55,445 nt of DNA. Origin: a virus. Lineage: Duplodnaviria > Caudoviricetes. This document shows, piece after piece, positions 38,116-45,472 of this stretch (position 1 is its first letter; each line of letters opens with the position of its first letter). Location: IMG/VR virus record IMGVR_UViG_3300047407_000019, positions 1 to 55,445 of that record. One strand, written 5' to 3'. A program made the position numbers and the translations under genes. The notes under the pieces are model-generated. The model was given only the letters and a program-made list of their open reading frames with translations. It searched no databases and had not been told where the DNA came from.

Positions 38116-38301
38116 ATGGAATATGTTTGGACACCCCCTGGCACAGACATCACAATTCGTTGGCGCAAACTGGGTTGGGTTCCACCCAGTGAGCAGGCTC
38201 AATACCAAGCAAAGTGGAAGCGCTTCCAGCAGATGCCGATGCGGACATTGGACGATGACAAGGTTGAGCCCCCAAAAACTAAAATGTTGAGGTTGAAATG
38301 A
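38116..38301 (+). CDS. Small hypothetical protein
   Basis: AAGGAG RBS; TDITIRWRKLGWVPPSE motif. Confidence 0.7.
   Translation: MEYVWTPPGTDITIRWRKLGWVPPSEQAQYQAKWKRFQQMPMRTLDDDKVEPPKTKMLRLK
38214..38229. repeat. Palindrome copy 7 (one mismatch, GTGGAAGCGCTTCCAG)
   Basis: Reads KWKRFQ, a third reading frame. Confidence 0.85.
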
Positions 38302-38486
38302 CATTCGATCAATGGTGGGCAACGCTCACAGAGCCAGAGCAAAAGCTACTTGGCCGCACCAACGCCAAGTATGTGTGGGTGTGTGCAACGGAGAACGAGC
38401 GTGAACGTATTCTTGAGATATGCAAAGAGGGCTGGTGGGACGCCGCCGGAATAAGGCTTCATGCTGAAGGGGACAAGCATGACTAA
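38298..38486 (+). CDS. Hypothetical protein
   Basis: MTFDQWW; ATGA coupling. Confidence 0.65.
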   Translation: MTFDQWWATLTEPEQKLLGRTNAKYVWVCATENERERILEICKEGWWDAAGIRLHAEGDKHD

Positions 38487-39207
38487 AGATGAGGTACTCA
38501 AACTGGCGCTGGAACTGTTGCAGGATTATGTCGAAGAATATGGGCCGTATGAAAAGGACAGCGGAGCCGCATACACCATCACCGCCATCAAACAAGCATT
38601 GGAACAACCAGAGCCATCGGAGCCTGTGGGCTATTGGATGGGAGAGTTCAGTAAAGATGGTGGCGCAACGCTTTATGAAGTTCCACAAGAGTCTGCGTTT
38701 GGTAAAAAGTATAGAAACATTCCCCTCTACACCACCCCACCCAAGCGTGAGCCAGAGCCAGAGCCTGTAATGTTTGGATTGGATGCAGATGGATACTTCA
38801 CGTTTTCAGTGGGTGTGCAAACCTTTTCTTTGGATTACATCCCCCAAACTGAAGAAGATATTGAGTTGATGAAGAAATGTTTGTTACAGGCTTTTGCAAG
38901 CGCATCCCCACCCAAGCGTGAGCCGCTGGATTGGCAACCAATTGAGACTGCGCCGAAAGATGGAAAAAAGATCATCTTGTATTACAAAAACCGAAATAAC
39001 TTTGGTCGCACCGTGATGGGTTGTTGGGTCACTGAGGAGCAAGCAAATGAAACGGATACGGATGATGTTGGTCTGGAGGCTGGATGGTATGAGCAGATTG
39101 ACAACTGGGACGACTATTCACAAATTGCAATCCATGAAGGCGAGCCAACTCACTGGATGCCTTTACCAAAACCGCCCACCGCCCACGGCATAGGAGAGAA
39201 GAAATGA
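38479..39207 (+). CDS. Mosaic early protein with DUF551-like C-terminus
   Basis: PLYTTPP, WQPIETAPKDG, PTHWMPLP. Confidence 0.75.
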   Translation: MTKDEVLKLALELLQDYVEEYGPYEKDSGAAYTITAIKQALEQPEPSEPVGYWMGEFSKDGGATLYEVPQESAFGKKYRNIPLYTTPPKREPEPEPVMFGLDADGYFTFSVGVQTFSLDYIPQTEEDIELMKKCLLQAFASASPPKREPLDWQPIETAPKDGKKIILYYKNRNNFGRTVMGCWVTEEQANETDTDDVGLEAGWYEQIDNWDDYSQIAIHEGEPTHWMPLPKPPTAHGIGEKK

Positions 39208-39392
39208 TTTTCAGATTTTGTTGGCACAAATGGGGTCGATGGAGTCGTGTGATTAGGGGATTCGATGAATCATTACACCAAGTGTGCGAATGCGAAAAGT
39301 GCGGAGTTATCAAACTCAGAAAAACGGACGGCATGATTGCGGTACAACTGGACGAACATCAAGTCAACTCGGCCATTAAGGGGGAAGCATGA
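39204..39392 (+). CDS. Small Cys/His protein (DUF1660-like)
   Basis: CWHKW...CEKCG. Confidence 0.65.
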   Translation: MIFRFCWHKWGRWSRVIRGFDESLHQVCECEKCGVIKLRKTDGMIAVQLDEHQVNSAIKGEA

Positions 39393-39577
39393 ACCTACCA
39401 ATCAGAATCCAATACTATCAGCAAGCCAAAAGCAATGTCACGTTGCCTGGTGAAGAAAAATGGGTGGACAAATGGGATGTGTGCGTGACTTGTGATTCAC
39501 CCGAATCGGCAAAAAAGCTGAAAGAAGCACTGTTGGCTATTGATGTCGATGTGTTGATGTGGAGTGCAGAAAAATGA
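39389..39577 (+). CDS. Hypothetical protein
   Basis: Coupled ORF. Confidence 0.6.
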   Translation: MNLPIRIQYYQQAKSNVTLPGEEKWVDKWDVCVTCDSPESAKKLKEALLAIDVDVLMWSAEK

Positions 39578-39855
39578 GTGAATATGAAACAACACGCGAA
39601 CAGGACGAAGTGTTGAGGGATTGGTTACAAGAATCCATCGTGCCATTGATCGAGCAAGTGCTGGTCAAAAAGATTGGTCAAGCGATGCAGTATGCGGCCG
39701 AGGAACTTATCCAGCCTAAATGTGAATGGCAAGGGCTGACTGATGATGAGGTGGATGCCCTATGGATTCCATGTTCAATTATTCAGGCCAAAGACAGACA
39801 ACGCCAAGCATTTGCCAAAGCCATCGAAGCCAAACTCAAGGAGAAGAACACATGA
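39574..39855 (+). CDS. Hypothetical protein (LKEKN family)
   Basis: EWQGLTDDE...AIEAKLKEKNT. Confidence 0.7.
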   Translation: MSEYETTREQDEVLRDWLQESIVPLIEQVLVKKIGQAMQYAAEELIQPKCEWQGLTDDEVDALWIPCSIIQAKDRQRQAFAKAIEAKLKEKNT

Positions 39856-40166
39856 GCGAACATCCAACACGATTTACTGGTCTTTTCAGGCAAGATATTG
39901 TTGACACAGTAAGAGCAGGTTTGAGAAAGTTTGAGCATGAAACAGCTTGCGGTCTGATTGCCGTTGAGACACTTGCTGTTCAAAGGGAGGTGCTTATCAA
40001 ATTGTGTGAAGAGATTGAGTCTTTGCGAGCATCAAAGCGTGAATGGGTTGATCTGACGGATGAAGAGGTTAACCAGATATGGGAGAAGGTTAGCTCAAAA
40101 CCGTTTACCCACAAAGACTTTGCCAAAGTCATCGAAACCAAACTCAAGGAGAAGAATCATGGATGA
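39852..40166 (+). CDS. Hypothetical protein (LKEKN family)
   Basis: EWVDLTDEE...IETKLKEKNHG. Confidence 0.7.
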   Translation: MSEHPTRFTGLFRQDIVDTVRAGLRKFEHETACGLIAVETLAVQREVLIKLCEEIESLRASKREWVDLTDEEVNQIWEKVSSKPFTHKDFAKVIETKLKEKNHG

Positions 40167-40467
40167 CATCATTCACGTCAACGCAAGCCCAACTCGGGAA
40201 CACGCAGAGAAAAAGAGGCTGACATACAAAGACGCAGACAACTATGGATTGTTTTGTGCATTCCGAAACGATGGAACGCAGTCGTGGGTTGTATTGCCCA
40301 ACCATGTTCTGGAATTGATTCACGACACCCAATCAATTGACAAAAAATGGGTTGAACTTGATGAGCGCGAGAAATACGCCATTGCAGATTTCCACCTATT
40401 CAACCCGTCCGTTTTCCAAGCCATGTACGAAGACATCTCGGCAAAGCTGAAGGAGAAAAACACATGA
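40159..40467 (+). CDS. Hypothetical protein (LKEKN family)
   Basis: KWVELDE...SAKLKEKNT. Confidence 0.7.
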   Translation: MDDIIHVNASPTREHAEKKRLTYKDADNYGLFCAFRNDGTQSWVVLPNHVLELIHDTQSIDKKWVELDEREKYAIADFHLFNPSVFQAMYEDISAKLKEKNT

Positions 40468-40790
40468 CTAACTACACATACAAGCCCGCAGGTGTGGGCA
40501 TCGGAAGAATCGAAGTGTTTGAACCCAAACCAAACATTGTTTTTCAAATGGGTCACGCCAATACCGAAGTTATGCGCTTAACAAAAGAAGGTGTATGGGT
40601 GAATCCTGACCTTAAGCCAGATGATGTTGCACAAGCCGTTTTAAACGCCCTTGACGCACAGATACAGCACATGGTGAAGAAAGCCGTAGAGGAAGAACGA
40701 GAGGCTTGCGCCAAGGTGTGTGAGGATAACTTTAGTGACGGGGCTTTAAACATTGCAGACGCAATCAGAGCAAGGAGTAAGAACATATGA
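40464..40790 (+). CDS. Hypothetical protein
   Basis: EEREACAKVC...IADAIRAR C-terminal motif. Confidence 0.7.
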   Translation: MTNYTYKPAGVGIGRIEVFEPKPNIVFQMGHANTEVMRLTKEGVWVNPDLKPDDVAQAVLNALDAQIQHMVKKAVEEEREACAKVCEDNFSDGALNIADAIRARSKNI

Positions 40791-40990
40791 TCGCTGACGA
40801 AGCTTGTTTTGAACGGGGTTGCATTTGCTATGACAGCCGAGAATCTCAAGGAGTTTTAGTTGTGCGTAAACGTGAGTGGCAGGGATTGACGGATGATGAG
40901 ATTGACATGATTTACCAAGGTGCTGGTAAGCATGATTTTGCAATTTCCAGAGAAGTCGAAGCCAAACTCAAGGAGAAGAACAATGAGTGA
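40787..40990 (+). CDS. Hypothetical protein (LKEKN family)
   Basis: EWQGLTDDE...VEAKLKEKNNE. Confidence 0.7.
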   Translation: MIADEACFERGCICYDSRESQGVLVVRKREWQGLTDDEIDMIYQGAGKHDFAISREVEAKLKEKNNE

Positions 40991-41276
40991 AAAAAAAGAA
41001 CTGAGCCCCCTGGCTCGACAACTCTTGGGTAGTGCTGGGCACATCCAGGTGTTCACACAATCAGAGTTCGATGAAGCTCTGGTGATGGCAAAGGCAGAGA
41101 TTATGCAGGTGGCGATTGAAACCACCAAGCAGGCGATTTTCATCGAGCGTCAGGAATGCGCCAAAATCGTTCAGGCGCTTGCAGATGAAGAAGAGGAGGG
41201 TGAGACATGTACCGCACTCAAAAACGCCGCTCAAGCCATCCTGAATCGAATGCAAGCCCCCAAGGTGGCATCATGA
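40983..41276 (+). CDS. Hypothetical protein
   Basis: AAGGAG RBS; ERQECAK motif. Confidence 0.7.
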   Translation: MSEKKELSPLARQLLGSAGHIQVFTQSEFDEALVMAKAEIMQVAIETTKQAIFIERQECAKIVQALADEEEEGETCTALKNAAQAILNRMQAPKVAS

Positions 41277-41362
41277 ATGATCAAATCCCTGGCTTCATAA
41301 AGGCGTTGTATGTGATTGCCCTAATTGTCATACTGATGGATATCTTAATTTGGAGACCATGA
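41273..41362 (+). CDS. 29-aa membrane peptide (absent from ORF track)
   Basis: MNDQIPGFIKALYVIALIVILMDILIWRP; ATGA coupling on both ends. Confidence 0.55.
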   Translation: MNDQIPGFIKALYVIALIVILMDILIWRP

Positions 41363-41679
41363 TGGATGACAAGGAAATGAAGCGGGTGATTGAGATTTGC
41401 AATCGTCTTGAGCCAATAATTCAGCGGTTCATTACATCTATGATTGATCGGGATGATGCAAACGTCACAACCAGTGTGGTGAGCAATTTAGCCACGAGTT
41501 TTATGGCACAAGCCATCACGATGATCGAAGCCAGAGGTGCAGACGTAGATCAGTTTGTGACCATCCTGATGTATGAGACCAAGCAAAAGTACACCCAAGC
41601 CAAAGCCCAGATCGAATCCGAGTTGGCACTCAGCAAAATGATGTCTGCAGGCAGGGATTCAGCAGGCCCCCTGCACTAA
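41359..41679 (+). CDS. Hypothetical protein
   Basis: GGAG RBS; coupled ORF. Confidence 0.65.
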   Translation: MMDDKEMKRVIEICNRLEPIIQRFITSMIDRDDANVTTSVVSNLATSFMAQAITMIEARGADVDQFVTILMYETKQKYTQAKAQIESELALSKMMSAGRDSAGPLH

Positions 41680-41768
41680 GGGAAAACACCTACCAACAAT
41701 TTGTTGACCAACAACAGTAACTATCTGTTAGAATTCCAATCACTGCGATGTTGCAGGTTTATCGGAGA
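41677..41768 (+). promoter_or_regulatory. Early promoter-leader module, copy B
   Basis: TAAGGGAAAACACCTA box, TTGACC-N19-TAGAAT (TG-extended), CTGC-N6-GCAG dyad, GGAG RBS. Confidence 0.65.
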
Positions 41769-41774
41769 ATGAAA

Positions 41775-42101
41775 ATGATCACTAAGCAAGAGTTCCCCTT
41801 CGCCAACAGGCACGGCTGGTCTGACATCGAGCCATATGAGGTTGTGCGCGTCATCAGCGACAAGACCATTGAAATTCGTGCCATGAAGTACGAGCGTGAC
41901 GAGTCGGTGCAACTGGAGTGGGTTGCTGGCGGCTATGCTGGTCACTGCGTCAACCAGCGTGACCAGAAGTGGCACATCACTAGCGATGAGTCTGAGCCTG
42001 TCATCCGTGCCCGTAGGCGCGTCGATGGCTACTACCACAGCATGTTTGGCAAGCACATGCTGAACGACCGCGCTGTGCGTTTTTACGATTACAACTTCTG
42101 A
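41775..42101 (+). CDS. Conserved phage protein
   Basis: SDIEPYEVVRVIS.KTIEIR.M...FYDYNF. Confidence 0.75.
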   Translation: MITKQEFPFANRHGWSDIEPYEVVRVISDKTIEIRAMKYERDESVQLEWVAGGYAGHCVNQRDQKWHITSDESEPVIRARRRVDGYYHSMFGKHMLNDRAVRFYDYNF

Positions 42102-42111
42102 GGAGAACACT

Positions 42112-42309
42112 ATGCAAGAACTCGACTTCCAGATCCGCGGCGAGAACTACAGCCACATCTTTGCATCTGAAAACAAAGATTTTGATGGCGAAGATGAAGT
42201 GCGTTTATCAATCCATATTCTGGGTGGAAACCTATCCACCACCATGAATCTTGAGTCAGCCCGTGAGTTGGCTGAGGCTTTGATGCAGATCGTCGAGGCT
42301 AAGTCATGA
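42112..42309 (+). CDS. Hypothetical protein
   Basis: GAGGAG RBS. Confidence 0.7.
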   Translation: MQELDFQIRGENYSHIFASENKDFDGEDEVRLSIHILGGNLSTTMNLESARELAEALMQIVEAKS

Positions 42310-42413
42310 GTTGGCCCTTCCCACCTCCGGGTGGGCCTATTCCTTGGACACCCGCCCAAGAGCAGGCCTACCAACACCAACAGCGCCAACAGGCACCTGA
42401 AGCCCCCTTTTAG
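42306..42413 (+). CDS. 35-aa Pro-rich peptide (absent from ORF track)
   Basis: MSWPFPPPGGPIPWTPAQEQAYQHQQRQQAPEAPF; ATGA coupling. Confidence 0.6.
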   Translation: MSWPFPPPGGPIPWTPAQEQAYQHQQRQQAPEAPF

Positions 42414-42422
42414 GAGAACATC

Positions 42423-42674
42423 ATGGCAACAGCTAAAAAAGCCCCCACAAAGACCGCAAAGCCTGAAACTAAGGCCAAGGCACCCGCGGCTCCGAAAAAG
42501 CCCCCAGAGCCCCAATTTAGCATGCCCATGGAGGTCAAAGAATGGATTGAAAGAGCCCAGTCCATCATGAATCACCAAAGGGGTGAGATCGAGCGCCTAA
42601 AGGAAGAAGTGAAAGACTTGAAGGCATACAAGAAATGGGCAGAGCACAGAATACTTAGGAGCGATCATGAGTAA
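42423..42674 (+). CDS. Hypothetical protein with K/A/P-rich N-terminus and coiled coil
   Basis: AGGAG RBS; MP.EV.EWIE.A. Confidence 0.7.
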   Translation: MATAKKAPTKTAKPETKAKAPAAPKKPPEPQFSMPMEVKEWIERAQSIMNHQRGEIERLKEEVKDLKAYKKWAEHRILRSDHE

Positions 42675-42770
42675 AACCAAAAACAAAATAACCTCTTCAC
42701 AAGATAAATAGTTACAGAGTACACTCAGTCCCCATGACGCTGAAATGATTGCGTCGGAAAGGACTGAGAT

Positions 42771-43397
42771 ATGTCAGCAATATGGAAATGGTACGTCTAT
42801 GAATTGGTCGATCCAAGATCAAATACTGTCTTTTATGTAGGAAAAGGCACAAAAGACAGAATACTGGATCATGAGCGCGAAGCCAAAAGAGGAGTATGCT
42901 CAGAAAAAACCAATAAAATCAATGAGATACTCGCATCCAAAAACGAAGTTGGTAAGCGCAAAGTAGCATATTTTTGCGATGAACAAGCGGCATATGACCA
43001 TGAGACTGAAGTCATTGCTAGTTATGGGTTGGACAACCTCACCAACATCATGCCAGGTGGTCAGGTTGCGTTCAATCGACGACTCGGCTTCCTGCGGCAA
43101 AAGATTGAAACACCGAAGCCTTTATCAGACTGGTTTGTAGAGAATGAAGGCAAGGCAGAGCCAGTATTCAGCGCCTTTGCAGATTGGTTTAGGTTGGGTC
43201 TTCATGAACTGGATGCTAGGGTCCAAATCACAATCAAGGATGAAAAATATAGATTCCATGCAAAACTTGCTGAATCAATCTACAACGGCATGATTCCAAC
43301 TTTATGGAATGCTGTACAAAAGTGCGAGAAATCTATGGTTGCATTTGCTCAACGCATGAAACCATATGGAATTGAGGTGCAGTATGGCCGCGCGTAA
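42771..43397 (+). CDS. GIY-YIG endonuclease (LEM-3-like), possible homing endonuclease
   Basis: YVYELVDPR....FYVGKG...R..H, E..VIA.YG..NLTN..PGG. Confidence 0.85.
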   Translation: MSAIWKWYVYELVDPRSNTVFYVGKGTKDRILDHEREAKRGVCSEKTNKINEILASKNEVGKRKVAYFCDEQAAYDHETEVIASYGLDNLTNIMPGGQVAFNRRLGFLRQKIETPKPLSDWFVENEGKAEPVFSAFADWFRLGLHELDARVQITIKDEKYRFHAKLAESIYNGMIPTLWNAVQKCEKSMVAFAQRMKPYGIEVQYGRA

Positions 43398-43668
43398 AAA
43401 CAAGGTTGAACTGAGCGAAACATGGAAAGATGGGATTCGCGTGTCACAGATCATGAAGCGTTTGTATGACCATGCAACTGGTGACAAAGAACTCATGACA
43501 ATCAGCCAAATCAACGCCGCCAAAGTCATTTTGAACAAATTGGTGCCTGATCTTGCGCGCACTGAAGTATCTGGACAAATGGATTTGGACATGCAGGCAG
43601 ATGTCCACCTGAATGTCTTTGGGGAATTGCTCAAGAATTTGAAGATGCAAAAGCAATTGGGTGAGTGA
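43384..43668 (+). CDS. terS: Terminase small subunit (putative)
   Basis: GAGGTG RBS; SQI..RL..HA.G..MT.SQI.AA..IL.K.VPDL; directly upstream of terL. Confidence 0.7.
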   Translation: MAARKNKVELSETWKDGIRVSQIMKRLYDHATGDKELMTISQINAAKVILNKLVPDLARTEVSGQMDLDMQADVHLNVFGELLKNLKMQKQLGE

Positions 43669-45122
43669 TGGGAGCGGTCGATCAGATACTGAAAGACCCG
43701 AAGATCATGGGTGTTTTTGCCCAGATGCACCCATTGAATCAAGTGGCGGTCAATTGGCAGATCGCCTGGAACTTAAAAGCCCATAAGCACCAGAGTGAGC
43801 CGCAGTCTGACTGGTGGAACATCTGGTTGATGTTGGCCGGCAGGGGTGCTGGGAAGACTCGAGCGGCGGCAGAGACCCTTGGTTCATGGGCATGGATGTA
43901 TCCAGAGACCCGTTGGCTGGTGAGCGCGCCAACCAGTGGAGACGTCCGCGGGACGTGCTTTGAGGGTGACTCAGGGCTACTGAACGTCATCCCGACAGAA
44001 CTGATTGAGGACTACAACAAATCCCTCCATGAGTTGAAACTGGTCAATGGGTCATTCATCAAGGGCATCCCGGCGTCGGAGCCCGAGCGCTTCCGTGGGG
44101 GTCAGTGGCATGGGGCATGGCTGGACGAGTTAGCCGCCTGGGACTACCTGCAGGAAAGCTGGGACATGATCCAGTTCGCTGTGCGGTTGAAGCTGGACGC
44201 CAAGAGATATCCTGATTTCCGCACCAAGATCATTGCGTCGACCACCCCAAAGCCCAAGCCATTGGTGATGGAGCTGCTCGGTAGGGAAGGCGACGATGTG
44301 GTGGTTACCAAGGCTTCCACTTATGTGAACGTCGACAACCTGGCTCCGACTTTCCAAAAGCAGATCCTCCAGTATGAGGGGACGAAGCTGGGCAGGCAGG
44401 AGATTCACGCCGAGATCATCGACCCCGAGGAGGGTGGAATTGTGAAGAGGGATTGGTTCAGGCTTTGGCCAGATGGCAAGCCCTTCCCCAAGCTCGAGTT
44501 CATTGTCCAGTCCTATGACTGTGCGACATCAGACAAGACGATCAATGACCCGAGCGGGTGCATTACCTTTGGGGTTTTCAAGCCCATGGATGGTGGGATG
44601 TCTGTCATGGTCCTAGATTGTTGGACGGAGCACCTGCAGTATCCTGACCTGCGCCCCAAGGTCATCAATGAGTATGAGACAGTTTATGGCGAGGGCAAGG
44701 CCAGGAAGCTGGTCGATCTGGTCCTGGTGGAGGACAAGAGTGCCGGCATCAGCCTGATTCAAGACCTGCAGAGGGCTCATCTGCCTGTACATGCCTACAA
44801 CCCTGGAAGGGCTGACAAGGTCCAGCGCCTGTCCATTGTGGCCAACATCATTAAGGCAGGACGGGTCTGGGTGCCCGAGTCCAGCCAGAGGAAGGGGTTT
44901 GTTCGGGACTGGGCTGAGGGCATGGTGAGCCAGATATGTGCCTTCCCTGAGGGCACGGTGCATGATGAATACGTCGACTGCATCAGCCAGGGCTTGCGGT
45001 ACTTGAGGGATGCCGGGTGGATCAGCATCGATGCGCCTCCAAGGGAAGATATTGAGCAAGAAGACATCACAGATGCCGAGATATACAACATGCGGGAGAG
45101 GGGCAATCCGTATGCTGCCTAA
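43665..45122 (+). CDS. terL: Terminase large subunit
   Basis: AGRGAGKT Walker A, WLDELAAW Walker B, TTP, nuclease region SYD...VEDK..G...HDEYVD. Confidence 0.95.
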   Translation: MMGAVDQILKDPKIMGVFAQMHPLNQVAVNWQIAWNLKAHKHQSEPQSDWWNIWLMLAGRGAGKTRAAAETLGSWAWMYPETRWLVSAPTSGDVRGTCFEGDSGLLNVIPTELIEDYNKSLHELKLVNGSFIKGIPASEPERFRGGQWHGAWLDELAAWDYLQESWDMIQFAVRLKLDAKRYPDFRTKIIASTTPKPKPLVMELLGREGDDVVVTKASTYVNVDNLAPTFQKQILQYEGTKLGRQEIHAEIIDPEEGGIVKRDWFRLWPDGKPFPKLEFIVQSYDCATSDKTINDPSGCITFGVFKPMDGGMSVMVLDCWTEHLQYPDLRPKVINEYETVYGEGKARKLVDLVLVEDKSAGISLIQDLQRAHLPVHAYNPGRADKVQRLSIVANIIKAGRVWVPESSQRKGFVRDWAEGMVSQICAFPEGTVHDEYVDCISQGLRYLRDAGWISIDAPPREDIEQEDITDAEIYNMRERGNPYAA

Positions 45123-45172
45123 GTGGAAGCTCTTCCACTCCAACCACCTAAAAGTGGAAGCGCTTCCACTTT
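45123..45172. repeat. Palindrome copies 8 (one mismatch) and 9 (22-bp perfect), intergenic after terL
   Basis: GTGGAAGCTCTTCCAC at 45123-45138; AAAGTGGAAGCGCTTCCACTTT at 45151-45172. Confidence 0.95.
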
Positions 45173-45189
45173 AACCATGGAAAAACGAC

Positions 45190-45468
45190 ATGAGTGAAGA
45201 CTTTTGGTATACAAATGGGATTGGGGACAACTATGAGCGAGTCATGCAACACGCCGGAGTCAAGACGACGATCTGCAAGAACAGGTTTGAAGTTGTCTGC
45301 AGGGAGCGGGGGGAAATCAACGAGCAGGCGATCCTTGGGGAGTTCAAGGCATGGTTGGCCAAGCGCAGGGAGGCAGCGATGCGAGATGATGGGGATTTGC
45401 CAGTGGTCATGCCCAGATTGCCCGAACAGGGCGCTGAGGGCATAATCAAAGAAACCAACCAGGGGTAA
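45190..45468 (+). CDS. Hypothetical protein
   Basis: 92-aa ORF between terL and the large protein; weak RBS. Confidence 0.5.
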   Translation: MSEDFWYTNGIGDNYERVMQHAGVKTTICKNRFEVVCRERGEINEQAILGEFKAWLAKRREAAMRDDGDLPVVMPRLPEQGAEGIIKETNQG

Positions 45469-45472
45469 AGCT

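Noticed and set aside
20335-45172. Palindrome pairs as a CRISPR mini-array
   Set aside because: Repeats are only 16-22 bp, at most two per locus, mostly inside ORFs, and no cas genes are present.
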